A model generated the notes under the pieces. It worked only from the letters and a program-made list of their open reading frames with translations, did no database searches and was not told the DNA's origin. Of a DNA stretch of 64,000 bases, positions 13,065 through 25,970 are shown piece by piece (positions within the stretch are counted from its first letter, which is position 1; every line of letters begins with the position of its first letter). Source of the stretch: Octopus vulgaris (taxonomy: Eukaryota); NCBI GenBank assembly GCA_951406725.2, contig OX597819.1, forward strand, positions 47,802,001 to 47,866,000, in the 5' to 3' direction. Both the position numbers and the translations under genes were made by a program.

Positions 13065-15123
13065 TATATATATATATATATATATATATATGTCATGGCT
13101 AATGCCAGTGCTGTCTGACTGGCACGTAAAAAGCACCATTCAATCATGGCCAATGCTAGTGCCACCTGACTGGCACATAAAAAACACCATTTGAGTGTGG
13201 TCGATGTCAGTGCTGCCTGGCTGGCTCCTGTGTTGGTGGCACGTAAAAAGCACCCACTACACTCTCAGAGTGGTTGGCATCAGGAAGGGCATCCAGCTGT
13301 AGAAATCTTGCCAAATCAGATTGGAGAATGGTGCAGTCTCCTGGCTTGCCAGACTTCACAGTCAAACCATTGGACCCATGCCAGAATGGAAAGTGGACGT
13401 TAAATGATGATATATATACATACACACACAGGATGGGTTTCTGCCTACCCAGTCCACTCACAAGACTTTGGTCAGCCCAAGGCTATAGTAGAAGATATTT
13501 GCCCAAAATGCTACGCAGTTCCTGAGATAAAAATAATGCAGGAAATTGTCCATCTAAACACTGACAGAATAATTAATAAACCAAGTTGGTTTAAACTGTT
13601 AATAAACAAATCCACCTAAAAAGGAAGAACAACTGTCAAGATTTTAATCACACATCTTGCTACCATTTTGCCAGCCCATTTTTTTAGCATTAAACTTAAA
13701 ACATTCATTAATTAATCATTGATTAAATGAAATAAAATAATACTCATGTAAACAGCCATGAAGTCATCAAACAATCGGCTGTAAGCTGGAGGAGAAGTAG
13801 TGCCACTCAAATTTATACAACAAAAACCAGCTTCTATCTCAGAGACAACAACTCTCACTCACAATGTCTTCTTTGTATTCTGGCATTATATAACCAAAAT
13901 AGGTTTTATGCTACAAGGATGGGTTGATAGTTAAAGGAAAGTCTAGAAAGGGAGTAAATATGCGTTGTTACCAAGAATATAGTGCAAAGGAATCCAAAGT
14001 CTCACTCTTCAATGACATGGCCCAAAACAAGTAGGACATCTAAAGCCATTGTTTGGCCTAATGGTACTTGTTTCAATGGACTCTGCCCAAAGGCTAGTGT
14101 GATAGAAACAGGTTGTTGAAGCATAAAGAAGCTAGAGTGGCACCAGCTAGTTTGAAGCTGATTTAGAGAGAAAAAGAGAAGAAATAAACAAATGACCTCT
14201 GTTCCTGGTTTAGACACAAAACCAGAAAATTTGAGAGGAGATAGTTAGTCAATACCCTAAATCCTAGTACTTGACAGGTGCTTTATTTATTGACCCTAGA
14301 ATAAATGAAAGACAAAGTTGACCTCAGTGGGATTTGAAATTAGAATACACAGAGTTAGAAGAAATACTGTAACGCATTAATGATTCTATCAAACTACCTC
14401 TCTTACCAAAGCATTCTAATGATAACAGCTATGAGACTGTAAGGATGCAGAGAAAGAAAATTCTGCTAGCTTGCTTCTTTACCACTACTTAATATTGGTT
14501 TCAAATTTTGGCACAAGGCCAGCAAGGCCATGGTAGGGGTTAAGTTGATTATATTGACCCCAGGGCTCAACCGGTACTTATTTTATTAATCCCAAAAGGA
14601 TGAAAGGCAAAGTCAACCTTGGCAGCATTTGAACTCAGAACAAAATGCCTCTAAGCATTTTACCCAGTGTGCTAACGATTCTGCCAGCTCACCACCTTTA
14701 CCACTACTTACTATAGCTTCTTTAATCCTTTAATCCTAAAAAAGATTAAAGAATTAAAGTTTTTATTTTATATAATTTTTATTTGTTTTGTTGAGTAGTC
14801 CCAATAAGGACACCTCAAACAGATCCAAGTCATAGGAACATGTAATGAAGTGGTTTGCAGATGTTTGCATACCCACCAAATTAGAATTACCACGTATCTA
14901 TTTCAGTTGAGATTAAATTATATCTACCCAGTATACTGGTCATTGTTGAATGGCAATGTTCTGGCGTCATTTTAGTCTCATGTTTATTTCAGCTTTATTT
15001 TGGATGTGCTCTTAAATGATTTAGGGCTTAAAATAAAAACTCTCCAATTATACAGTCTTCAAAATATAAGTTTATATTCCATAGTGATGATGTTAAGTAC
15101 ATGTCAACTGTAGCATATTCATA

Positions 15124-17021
15124 CACTGAACTGCAAAAGAAAAACGAGACATGTGTGACTGTGAAATATGTTTTAATTTTGTTATGTCAGAGATCAATTT
15201 TGATAAATCTGATAAAGTCAATTTCTTGGATGTACTTTGACCACAGTCTATGGGTTATTGTCATGTGTTCTGGTAGTGGGCAGATCCAGCAAATTGAGAC
15301 TGTAGGGTGTGACATGTTCAATACCGTGTATGCCCTCCCTGGGTGTTCAAAACGGCCATACACCGTCAGTATATGGAGTGCATGAGGCGGTTCACAAAAG
15401 CCATTGGCACCAGTGACCACACGCTGAGGAAAGCTGCATCCAGTTCCACACGAGTTATCAACCTTGGGACCACCTGGTTCTGCTATCTCAGAGGTGTTAA
15501 ATTGGGTTCAAATCCAGGCTGAGAGCTGGCCACGGCATAGTTCTGATGTTGTGCTGATGCAGGAAATCCATGGTGACCCTGGCCGTGTGGGAGGGAGCAT
15601 TGTCCTGCTGAAACACATAGCTATGGTGACATGCAAAGAAGGGCACGATGTGAGGACTTAGGATCTGGTCAATGTAGCACTGCGCTGTGATGCCATTCCC
15701 CCTGCCTGCACCAACATTTTGGAACACATAGGGCCCAATTCTTTGATTCAGGCCTGTAGCGCCCCAAACCATGATGCTTTGGTCACCCCACGCATCTCTC
15801 TCCATGACACATGTGTCTCTGTAGCGTTCATCTCTTCTACGCTACACTCTCACTCTCACTCTGCCATCTGAGGTGGAAACACAGTACCAGCTCTCATCAG
15901 AAAAGACTATTGACCTCCATTGTTGATGCTGCCAATATCGGTGCTGTTTAGCCTACTGTAGTCATGCATGATGATGGCAGGTGGTGAGGACAGGCCCTCG
16001 AGCAGGACAACAGTTGTTGGTGGCCAATTGATGTCGTACCATGTCGTCGCTGATGAGCCGCTGTCCAGTGCCAATGGTCTCGCGAACTGTCACCCTGGTT
16101 CATCTGAAGCGATCATGGGGGCGTTGCAGGTGGATGAAGTGATCTTGCCTGGGCTTGATCTTCTGGGGGAGGAGGGCGCCCACTGCAGGCATGGTCTGCA
16201 GTGCTGTTGGTGTTGTTGTATTGTTGTTGCAGGCATTGTAAGCTTTCACAACAACCAGGGCATGCTGCTCTGCATGTAATTGGCCAATAGCTTCTCTCTG
16301 TGCTGCTGGCAATCAGGTCATAACTGATGCATCCAAATTACAAATGCCAGGAACACGGATCAAGTTGATTTTTATACCCATAACCTCCACAAGATGCACA
16401 AGCATTTCGGTTTTCATGACAATTGTTTGAGACTGCCACCCATGGCATTCAACGCAGCTGTGTTTTGGTGTCTTGTTTCAGGGAAAGTCCAAAGGTTACC
16501 TGCAATTTGGGTCTCAGCCATAAACCAGCATGTCTTGAAATATTTACACTTACATAGGCACAGGAATGGTTGTGTGGTAAGTAGCTTGCTTACCAACCAC
16601 ATGGTTCCGGGTTCAGTCCCACTGCGTGGCACCTTGGGCAAGTGTCTTCTACTATAGCCTCGGGCCGACCAAAGCCTTGTGAGTGGATCTGGTAGACGGA
16701 AACTGAAAGAAGCCTGTCATATATATGTGTATGTGTGTGTGTGTGTTTGTCCTCCAACATCACTTGACATCCAATGCTGGTGTGTTTACGTCTCTGTAAC
16801 TTAGCGGTTCAGCAAAAGAGACCGATAGAATAAGTACTAGGCTTACAAAGAATAAGTCCTGGGGGTCGATATGCTCGACTAAAAGGTGGTGCTCCAGCAT
16901 GGTCACAGTCAAATGACTGAAATGAATAAAAGAAAATAAAAAACATGCCTGAAATAAATTTTTAGAATTTACCATATAAAAATAACATTTGAAAAAAACG
17001 CATTTCTTTTGCAGTTCAGTG
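15124..17021 (-). mobile_element. Tc1-family DNA transposon, degenerate, with an inserted SINE
   Basis: TA|CACTGAACTGCAAAAGAAA ... TTTCTTTTGCAGTTCAGTG|TA TIRs and TSD. ORF 15497..15805 has SIMVWGA, FQQDNAPSH and WPALSLDLNPI. Frameshifted elsewhere; SINE at ~16555-16935. Confidence 0.92.
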
Positions 17022-17151
17022 TATTTGTGTATTTTATCTATTGACATACATATTTCTCTGTCAAATGTAAAGCTTATTGATTCACATTGCTTTTAATTAA
17101 TCATGCATTGTTATGTAGCTTCAAGATTTTGATGAAGTAATTGTTTATATT

Positions 17152-17258
17152 TAGGGGCATGGCTGTAGGCTCGGGCATGGCTGTAGGCACAGTCATGGCC
17201 GTAGGCGCAGGCATGGCTGTAGGCGCGGGCATGGCTGTAGGCGCGGGCATACCTGTGT
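17152..17258 (+). repeat. 18-bp tandem repeat (TAGGCGCRGGCATGGCTG) x~5.5 at the 5' end of a family-1 SINE
   Basis: Direct units visible; the last unit runs into TGTGGTTAGGAGGCTTGC of the SINE. Confidence 0.85.
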
Positions 17259-17736
17259 GGTTAGGAGGCTTGCTTCCCAGCTACATGGCTTCGGGTTCAG
17301 TCCCACCACGTGGCACCTCGGGCAAGTGTCTTCTGCTATAGCCCCAGGCTGACCGAAGCTTTGTGATTGAATTTGGTAGGCGGAAGTTATTGCCACATGT
17401 GCATATGTGTGTGTATGTTCTTGTGCCTCTCCGAGAGAAAGAGAGAGGGAGAGTCATTGAAGGGTATGTGTGAAAGCTGGATCTGGCCAATTTGAACATA
17501 AAACAAGTAGAATATTCGGGCCAGACATGGCTGGTTTAAATGCTAATAGGCTAAATTAGCACAGTAAGTGATACAATGCCCAGAATGGAGATGAGTCAGA
17601 GTGAAAGCTAAACTGAAAAAGAACATATGAAATCAGTAAAGTCAACCACTGCATATAAATTAAACTACATAGTAGTGTTGTAATATAAAGCATGTATAAT
17701 GACAAAAAACCCACAAAAAAGAAGCCACAACCTTAC

Positions 17737-17877
17737 CTTGTAACGTGAATAGTGTACCATAGGGGGAGTAACGAAGTGTACAAATGGTGCAAATCGATGT
17801 GAATAACGGATCTCTTCGTTATCAAATTCGAATTTTGATTTCTTCATCCGACCATCCAACTGAAAACCCATCAAAGC
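17737..17877 (-). CDS. NAA35: NAA35 exon: ALMGFQLDGRMKKSKFEFDNEEIRYSHRFAPFVHFVTPPMVHYSRYK
   Basis: Within ORF 17665..17874. RY.HRFAPF...TPP motif. Acceptor ccacag|GCT, donor AAG|GTAAGG; 141 nt. Confidence 0.96.
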
Positions 17878-19995
17878 CTGTGGAAATCGGACACAATAAA
17901 ATTAGGTTTGAGTAAAGCAAGAGACAACAGAAAATTTTTTCGTTTTTATTTTTACTTGTTGGGTCCAGAGAAAGTAGCAGGGTCCATGGCCTCCGCAAAC
18001 CCTCTTAGACCAGTCAGACTGATTCCACTAATGCCCTGAAGGAAAGGCGTGAACAAGGAGGGAATTCTAAAGGGTCAACCTACAGAAGAAAGAAGGATTG
18101 ATGCAATTACAAATTTGAAGAGGAAGGATATAGTCAATTGAATCAACAAACACCCTGCCTAGCATTTATTTTAGTGATCCAAGAGGGATGTAAGTCGAAA
18201 TTAATTCTAACGAGATGCAAGGATCATAATTTAACACTTGTTTGCCATCTCACATGGGTTGGATAGTTTAACAAAGGCCAATGAGCCAGCTTTAGCATGG
18301 TTTCTACAGCCAGATCCTCTTCCTAATGCCAACCACTTTACAGAATGTATTAAGTGCTTTTTACAAGGCATGAAACTACTGTTAAACATTTAGTTGAATA
18401 TGCTGCCTTGTATGCTACTCCACTATCTCTTAATAACAATATTATATACAAAAGAAGGGGTCTGTGTGCGTGCACAATATGTTTTATGTCATTGTAAGCT
18501 ATAAAGATAATTCTGCTGTGTCATAGCTACCAACAAACGCTGTAGCCTACCTTAAGTCATACTAACAACTGCCAATCATATAACAGTGTGGTTTACTTTA
18601 TTACATACTGACAAGCTACTGTGTATATCCCAGTTTTTAGAACAGGTACTTTATAACCATGCAGGTTGTAAGAAGTAAGTAAACGGAGTCTAACTACAAA
18701 GACTGCTTCAAAAAGATCCAGCCAACCCATGCCAGCATGGGAAAACAGATATAAAAACGGTGGAGAATTGTCCCAGTTTACTTCCAAATGAATTTCTAAA
18801 CCTGGCCCAAAGCCTCACGTTTTGTGGGGTGAAGATATATAATTACATAAAACAACTGATGTTCTTCATTGGTACTTTATTTTATTGAACCTTGAAGAAT
18901 GTAAAGCAAAACTGACCAATTAGAACTGAGACTATAAAGAACCGTAATTAAATGCTGTTAGACAGTTTGCCCAATACTCCAATAATTCTGCATATCCATC
19001 ACTACTTAATTCTGGTTTCAAATTCGGACACAAGGCCAGCAATTTTGGGGAAGGGGTTAAGGCAATTGCATCGACACCAGTACTCAACTGGTACTTACTT
19101 TATTAAGCCTATAAGTATGAAAGCCAAAGTCGACCTCAGCAGTTTTTGAACTCAGACTATAAAGGCAGATGAAGTACCGCTAAGCATTTTGCCCAGCATG
19201 CTAATGATTCTGCCAGCTCACTGCCTTACCTGCAGTTAATACTGATTTCAAATTTTGGCACAAGGCCAGCAAGTCCAGGAGAGGGGTTAAGTCAAAAGGA
19301 TAGACCCCCAGTACTCCATTGACACTTATTTTATCCATCTTGAAAGGATGAAAGGCAAAGTCAACCTCAGCAGAAATTGAACTCAGAACAGATGGAATAC
19401 TACTAAGCATTTTGCCAGGTGTGCTAACGATTCTGCCAGTTCGCCGTCCTTACCACTACTTAATATTAATCTCAGAAGTCCACTTCAAAATTAACGACAG
19501 AAGAATCACAGACAATTTTGTTCCTCTTGGCTCATCCTGAAAACAAAACATTAATTTTAGTCCCTGAGTGCAATCTTAGCCAACAAGGATTGAGAGGTTA
19601 AAGAAGATGTGTCATGAAATTTACAATGATACACACACGGATATGGTGTAATTTATAACAGATGTGTAAAAGCATGAGATGCTGGAGATAACTGGCTTGT
19701 TACTTGTCAACATGTTAAAGTAATTCTAACGCTTGCTATGCTGTTGACCTTACATAGGTTAGCTCTCTTTCTCTCTCTCTTAAAAATGACAAATAACACA
19801 GTCTTTATTGCAGTTACTTTAACCCTCACCCTTCAGAAAATAAATAGCTTATCTAATGTTATAGCTGGAAAATAGTTTTGTAAGTCTTATATTGTTTAAA
19901 AGGATATTATCGCCAATGTAATTAAATTAAACTTGCTATATGTTGAACTAGGAGTGAACAACAAAAACATAGTTACATTAAAAAAATGTTAAACA

Positions 19996-20061
19996 CGTGT
20001 GTGTGTGTGCATTTTTGTGTATATAATGTGTGTTTTTGTGTATGTATGTGTGTGTGTGCAC

Positions 20062-20099
<38 letters not shown>

Positions 20100-20130
20100 A
20101 TATATATATGTTTGTATGTATGTATGTATA

Positions 20131-20172
<42 letters not shown>

Positions 20173-20195
20173 TGTATGTATGTATATGTATATAT

Positions 20196-20241
<46 letters not shown>

Positions 20242-20282
20242 ACATATATATATGTATGTTTGAGTGTGTGTGTGTGTGTGTG
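19996..20282. repeat. Compound (TG)n/(TA)n/(TATG)n microsatellite
   Basis: Direct reading; explains the YIYI/CVCV ORFs. Confidence 0.95.
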
Positions 20283-20865
20283 CTAATTTTTATCTTTCAC
20301 TTCCCAATCCTGTCCTTACTACCCTACTCACTGTATCATTGCTCTCCTGTTGTCCCCCACCTCTTCTATATACCCAGGTTTCACCAGTCACTGCATTCCT
20401 CCCTCCACCCCACCCCACCCTCGCAATCTGCATTCATGTGATGTCCCTACTTCCTACTCATGCACCCTTTTATATCCTGATCCCCCATCCCTTGAGGGTA
20501 TGCCCTGACACTTCACCACCATCTCTCTAGTGCTCTCTCTCTCTCTCTCTCACCCTTCTCTCTCTTTCATTCTCACTCATACTCTCTCTCAATCCCTCTT
20601 ACTGGGTAACCATGCATCTCTTCTACAGCAAGACACCTGTTTTTGTCACTGTCACACCCTTACCTTTCATCACCTGACACAAGGCCACCTTCTACAGTGC
20701 CCCCACCACAACCAGTGCTGGTGCCATGCAAAAGCCACACCAAAACAGACAGTAAAAGCTGGTGGAGTCCTCAGCCTAGCCAGCTCCTGTCAAACCATCC
20801 AACCCATGCCAGCATGGAAAAGAGCCATTAGATGATGATGACAAAGATGATGATATATGTGTGTG

Positions 20866-20910
<45 letters not shown>

Positions 20911-20917
20911 TTTTTTA

Positions 20918-20951
<34 letters not shown>

Positions 20952-21188
20952 CATATATAGAGATCTGGAAACTCTGCCAGATCAGATTGGAGCCTGGTGC
21001 AGCCATCTGGTTCCCCAGTCCTCAGTCAAATCATCCAGCCCATGCTAGCATGGAAAGCAGATGTTAAACAATGATGATGATACATATAAGAATGGAAGAT
21101 TGCATAGAAAGTCAACAAAGGAACACATGGAAATACACTTATATATTTGAACATTTCACTTTCTTTTAAATATAAACCCGTTATTAAT

Positions 21189-21420
21189 CTATATCTACAT
21201 ATATAAAACTGAGAATGTGTGTCTGTATGTGTGCATCACTAAAATTCAAGAACTATACAACCGATTTTATTCAAATTTTACACATGCCTTACTTAGGGTC
21301 CATTACTTTTTTGCGTAATACGAGCCCAGAGTAATCTCTTATCCCTTACACTATTTCAGTATTACGTTTCAAAGTGAAACAATAACATCTCTATTGTAAT
21401 GTGAGATAATACTTTCAGTT
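21189..21420 (+). mobile_element. Possible Helitron-like 5' fragment (similar at ~2930-3200)
   Basis: TCTA..TATATAAA followed by a (TG)/(TGTC) tract and CCGATTTT..TCAAATTTT. No 3' hairpin or CTAG end seen. Confidence 0.35.
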
Positions 21421-21454
21421 TAATACTGAAAGTATTATCTCACATATATACATG

Positions 21455-21504
<50 letters not shown>

Positions 21505-22334
21505 TACATACATACATATATATATATATTTTATATATATATATATATATATTATAGAAACTGTGTGTGTATTCCTCCACCACTTGATAACTAGTATTAG
21601 TTTGTTTACATCCCTGTAATCCAGCAGTTCAGAAAAAGAGACCAATAGAATAAGTACCAGACTTCAAAAATAAGTATTGGGGTCAATTCATCATCACCAT
21701 CATCATCATCGTTTAACGTCCACTTTCCATGCTGGCATGGATTGGACAGTTTGATTGAGGTCTGGAGAGCCAGCAGCTGCATCAGGCTCCAATCTGATCT
21801 GGCAATGTTTCTACAGCTGAATGCCCTTCCTAACGCAAACCACTCTGAGAGCGTAGTGGGTGCTTTTTACATGCCACTGGCACGGGAGCCAGCCAGCCAG
21901 TCAGGCAGTCCTGGTATTGAACACATTCAGATACTGCTTTTTATATGCCACCAGCATGGGAACCAGTCAGGCGAACCTGGCATTGACACGTTCGGATGGT
22001 ACTTTTCAAGTGCCATTGCCATGGGAGCCAGGGGACACTGGCATCAGTGATGTTCAGATGATGCATTTTATGTGCAACTGGAACAGGAGCCAGTCAGGGG
22101 GCACTGGCCACAGCTACGATTTTGGTTTTACTCGACTCAACAGGTCTCCTCAAGCATATCATATTGCCCAAACACAGATAATTTAAGCCAAGAGACCTTT
22201 AAAATAAGAAAAGAATGTCATGAGTACCCTAAGTGGTCTGTTGGATCAAAATTGGCCAGGAGTTAATCAACAGTAGAGACAGGAAAATATGTTATCTTCA
22301 TTGACAATCTGGTTTATGAGACAAAACTATTTAC

Positions 22335-22453
22335 CTTGTGATAGCCTCCGAATAGTTGCTGATGTCCCTGATTTAGCGTAATTTCACGGCTTAATGTTTT
22401 TGTTCGTTTCTTCTTTTTATTCTTCCGATTGTACCGTCCTTTAATCTGTTGAT
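22335..22453 (-). CDS. NAA35: NAA35 exon: (D)[39 protein letters not shown]
   Basis: Within ORF 22314..22616. Lysine-rich tract followed by LSREIT. Acceptor cttcttag|AT, donor AAG|GTAAAT; 119 nt. Confidence 0.94.
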
Positions 22454-24816
22454 CTAAGAAGCAAAAAGGAAAATTGGTTTTTGGCTTCAAATCTGCTTTC
22501 AAACTAAACAACACGAACAAATGAAATGAAAACAAATTGCTTACTTTCACAATGTTAAACGCACAAAACATACATAGATCACTCCTTTTACATAAACACA
22601 TTATGAGCAAAGGCACTTCTATTCAGTCCCTTGACCTGCCAGAAACAGTAATCAAATCCAATCAGCTTTAAAAAACTGGAAGGGCACATTGGATAATGTG
22701 CTCCTAGATATACAATAGCTTGAGGTGAATAAAACACAGAATGAACATATCTATAACATCTTTGGTGATAGCATCTTTTGGTCTTCAGGATCAGGCTGAC
22801 TTAAGACTAAACAACATACACATCATATATTGTATATTTTACACATAAAAGATTATTGCTTATTTTTGCAATGTTAAATGCATTCACACACACACATAGC
22901 TGTGTGTGTGTGTGTGTGTGTGTGTGTGCACGTGCACTTGTTTATGTTTGTACTTCTCCAAGAATCCCAAGCTACGGTGATGAGTTGTTGTTTCCCAGTC
23001 AACAAAATTGCCTACTCACTTTGAGACATGTGAGCACAATGCAACCCTATAGCTCACTGGATCCAGCCAAATCCTACAACCCACATCAGCATGGAAAATG
23101 GCCATTATATGATGATGATGATGATGATGGTGGTGGTCATGATCATGATCAGGATGAAAAATAGGTCATGGGTCAGTGACTGGAAGGGCATCAAGCCATA
23201 GAAAATCTTCAATAAACTCTGGCCAACCCAGAGAAGCATGGAAAAGTGAACACTATGATGATGATGATGGGAGAGAGAAAGATATAGATAGGCGTGCACG
23301 CACGCACACACACGCACACACACACACACACATAGACCATTATCATCATCATCATCATTTAACATCTGTTTTTTATTCCATGCTGGCATAGGGTGGAGAG
23401 TTTGATAGGATCCAAGAGCCAAAGCACTACATCAAGCTCCAAAGTCTGCTTTGACAGAGTTTCCCTGGCTGAATGCCCTTCCTATTGCCTACAACTTCAC
23501 ATAAATCCCCCAGTATACTGGATGTTTTTTCCATGACATTGGCACTAGTGAGATCACCAAGTAGCTTGCAAGACAAAGGAAAGCAAAACTCCAAGGCTGT
23601 AGCAGAGGGAGGGGGTGGCTTTATGCCAGGCATTGAGAAGCTAAAGTATGATAGAGAAGCAGATACAAGTGTCCTGCTATGGAAGAGGTACATAGCTACC
23701 CCACATTATGTAGGAGTGGATAGAAGTGGGAATAAATGGTGAGTATAAAAGAGAATACAGACCAAGGATCAGGAAGGGTAGGTGAATAGATACATAACAG
23801 TGTGGGCAGGTAGTGACAGTTGGTTAGAGATTAAATGATGTACAAGAGTTGTGGTATGGTCAATGGTAAGGGGAAGGAGAAGGTCAAAGAAATAGCTCAG
23901 GAAGGAGGAAATGATAAGTACCAGTAAAGGAAGGGTGGGAGTAGCAATTTAATAAATCTGTAAGTGATTCGGAATATACAGAGATGAAGTGTAGGGTGGG
24001 ATAGTGGGGGAGATGTACAAGGACAGAAACAGAGATCAGAAGTATATAGTGGTGGCTGCTGTGTGTGTGGCACAGGATGGGAGGGGAGGAGAATTGATCA
24101 CAGATATGAGAGGGTATTGAGGGTGATAGCAGATATGAGAGGGCGTTAAAGATGAGATATGAATCCCAAGATGTAGCTCAGAAGAGAGATGAAGAGATAA
24201 TTTGCAGCATAGAAAAGGGTGAACAGTGGAAAGGAAAGATATGGAGAAAATGCGGGATGGATAAAGAATAGGGGAGAAATAACTAGTAGATGAAATATGT
24301 GCAGATTCTGTTATCATACGATTACAGCAGCTGAATAGTGCCATAGTTAGAAGAGTGATAGAGGGATGGGCATTAGGAAGATGAAAGCTTGGACAGATTG
24401 GGTGCAGGGGCAAGGCCTGGTGAGTGTATAGACATAAATGTTGCAAGCATTTGGGCCAGGTCTCCAGTTTGAGAATAATTTCTTCTCACCAGTCTCAGAT
24501 GCCATGCAAAGGGCCCTGCCTTACCTCCTCACTAAAAGATAAAAACAAAAAAAATAATAACTGGTACTTATTTCATTAACTCTCAAAAGCTGAAAAGTAA
24601 AGTCAACTTTGGTGAGATGTGAACACAGAACATGAAGGAATGTAAGTAAATACCACACCCAAATGCTACATCAGTTTAGTATTTCTCTCTCTGACTATAA
24701 TTTTTTTTTATTTATGCAATTACTAAAACATATACCCTTCCACACAAAATATAAATTACTACATTTAAATATTATTGTTTAGCCCAGTCAGCCTTGATGG
24801 AACAGATCTGTGTTAA

Positions 24817-25038
24817 CCCTTTAGCATTTAAACCGGCCATATCCGGCCAAAAGTATTCTGCCTGTTTAATGTTCAAACTGGCCGTATCTGGTCTCTTACA
24901 CCAACCCTACAATATCGTTTTAAAAAATTAACGGCTACCTCATCAAAATCTCCTAGCTACAAGATAATGCATTATTAGTTCAAAGCAACATGGATAAAAA
25001 AGCCTTAATTTTAGCAGAATGACGTGAACACTAAAGGG
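24817..25038. mobile_element. piggyBac-like MITE family A (others 3730-3949, 35060-35278, ~29100-29298, ~58870-59088)
   Basis: TTAA|CCCTTTAGCATT ... CTAAAGGG|TTAA; collinear ~220-bp body. Confidence 0.85.
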
Positions 25039-25773
25039 TTAACTCTGTGTAACACAATTTTTGTCCTTGAGTAGCAACTGTTATTTCCTATTTGCCTTCC
25101 CCTAGAAAGTATGAAAAAAGGCTAATATTTCCTTCAAACTTTGCTTTTGTTACATTTATTCAAATACCAAAAAATCCCTCTCAACATATAGCTATGATAC
25201 TCCTCCACTACTCCTGCTCATCATTAGAGATGCACATACTGTCAGCTCAAGTAGTTACGGTCAAGCAACTGACGAGCAAATCTGTGGTACTGAAAAAAAA
25301 ATAGCTACTATGACAATATTTCTGTTCCAGCAACTCAGTACTAAATCTGTCTGAAATGTAATAGAAAATAGGTCAGTTTCAAAACATTGATGTTCAGGTC
25401 ACAAAAGCAAAGTTTGAAGGGAATGGTAGTCATTTCCTTCGATTTCTAGATAGAAGCAAATAGGAAGTAATACTTACTGACCAAAGACAAATAAAAATTT
25501 TGTTACACAGTGTAATCAAAGTCATTCAGGCAAAGTATATTTAGGACTATATTATCCAATGTGACCTTACTTTAATTTAGTTGGCTAGGCCTAATCTGTG
25601 AGAGATTTGGCTCTTATTTCTAGTAGATGAAATGACCACATAGAGGCCCTCACATTGGCTTAATTAGCTTTAGATTGTTTCAGAACTATAAGAGATATAA
25701 ATTATTCCCTACTGAAGCATTCATGAATCTTTGTAACTCAACTGTGAATCAAATAACTGTACACACTACTTAC

Positions 25774-25859
25774 CATTTTGTGCTTCATGTTCCAACAAAA
25801 AACTATCAGCTCTGACCAGGGTAGATACCATCCAAGCATAGAGCATTTCATGAAGGTAC
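25774..25859 (-). CDS. NAA35: NAA35 exon: (W)YLHEMLYAWMVSTLVRADSFLLEHEAQN(D)
   Basis: Read manually. Acceptor ttattatag|G, donor G|GTAAGT; 86 nt, phases fit both neighbours. Matches the YL.E.LYAW..STL.RAD motif. Confidence 0.94.
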
Positions 25860-25906
25860 CTATAATAAAAACACATTCAAATCTTATAAGTATCCATATA
25901 CATGCC

Positions 25907-25970
<64 letters not shown>

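Noticed and set aside
17955-18085. GC-richer patch near an exon acceptor, considered as a structured RNA or HDV-like ribozyme
   Set aside because: I could not build a convincing fold or match it to a family by eye.
19973-20441. ORFs rich in YI/CV/HT repeats (also near 2601, 20857, 31423, 34804)
   Set aside because: Translations of dinucleotide microsatellites.
23560-24530. Long purine-rich tract with ORF 24036..24446
   Set aside because: Low-complexity sequence contiguous with an RTE-type 3' end; no recognisable protein.
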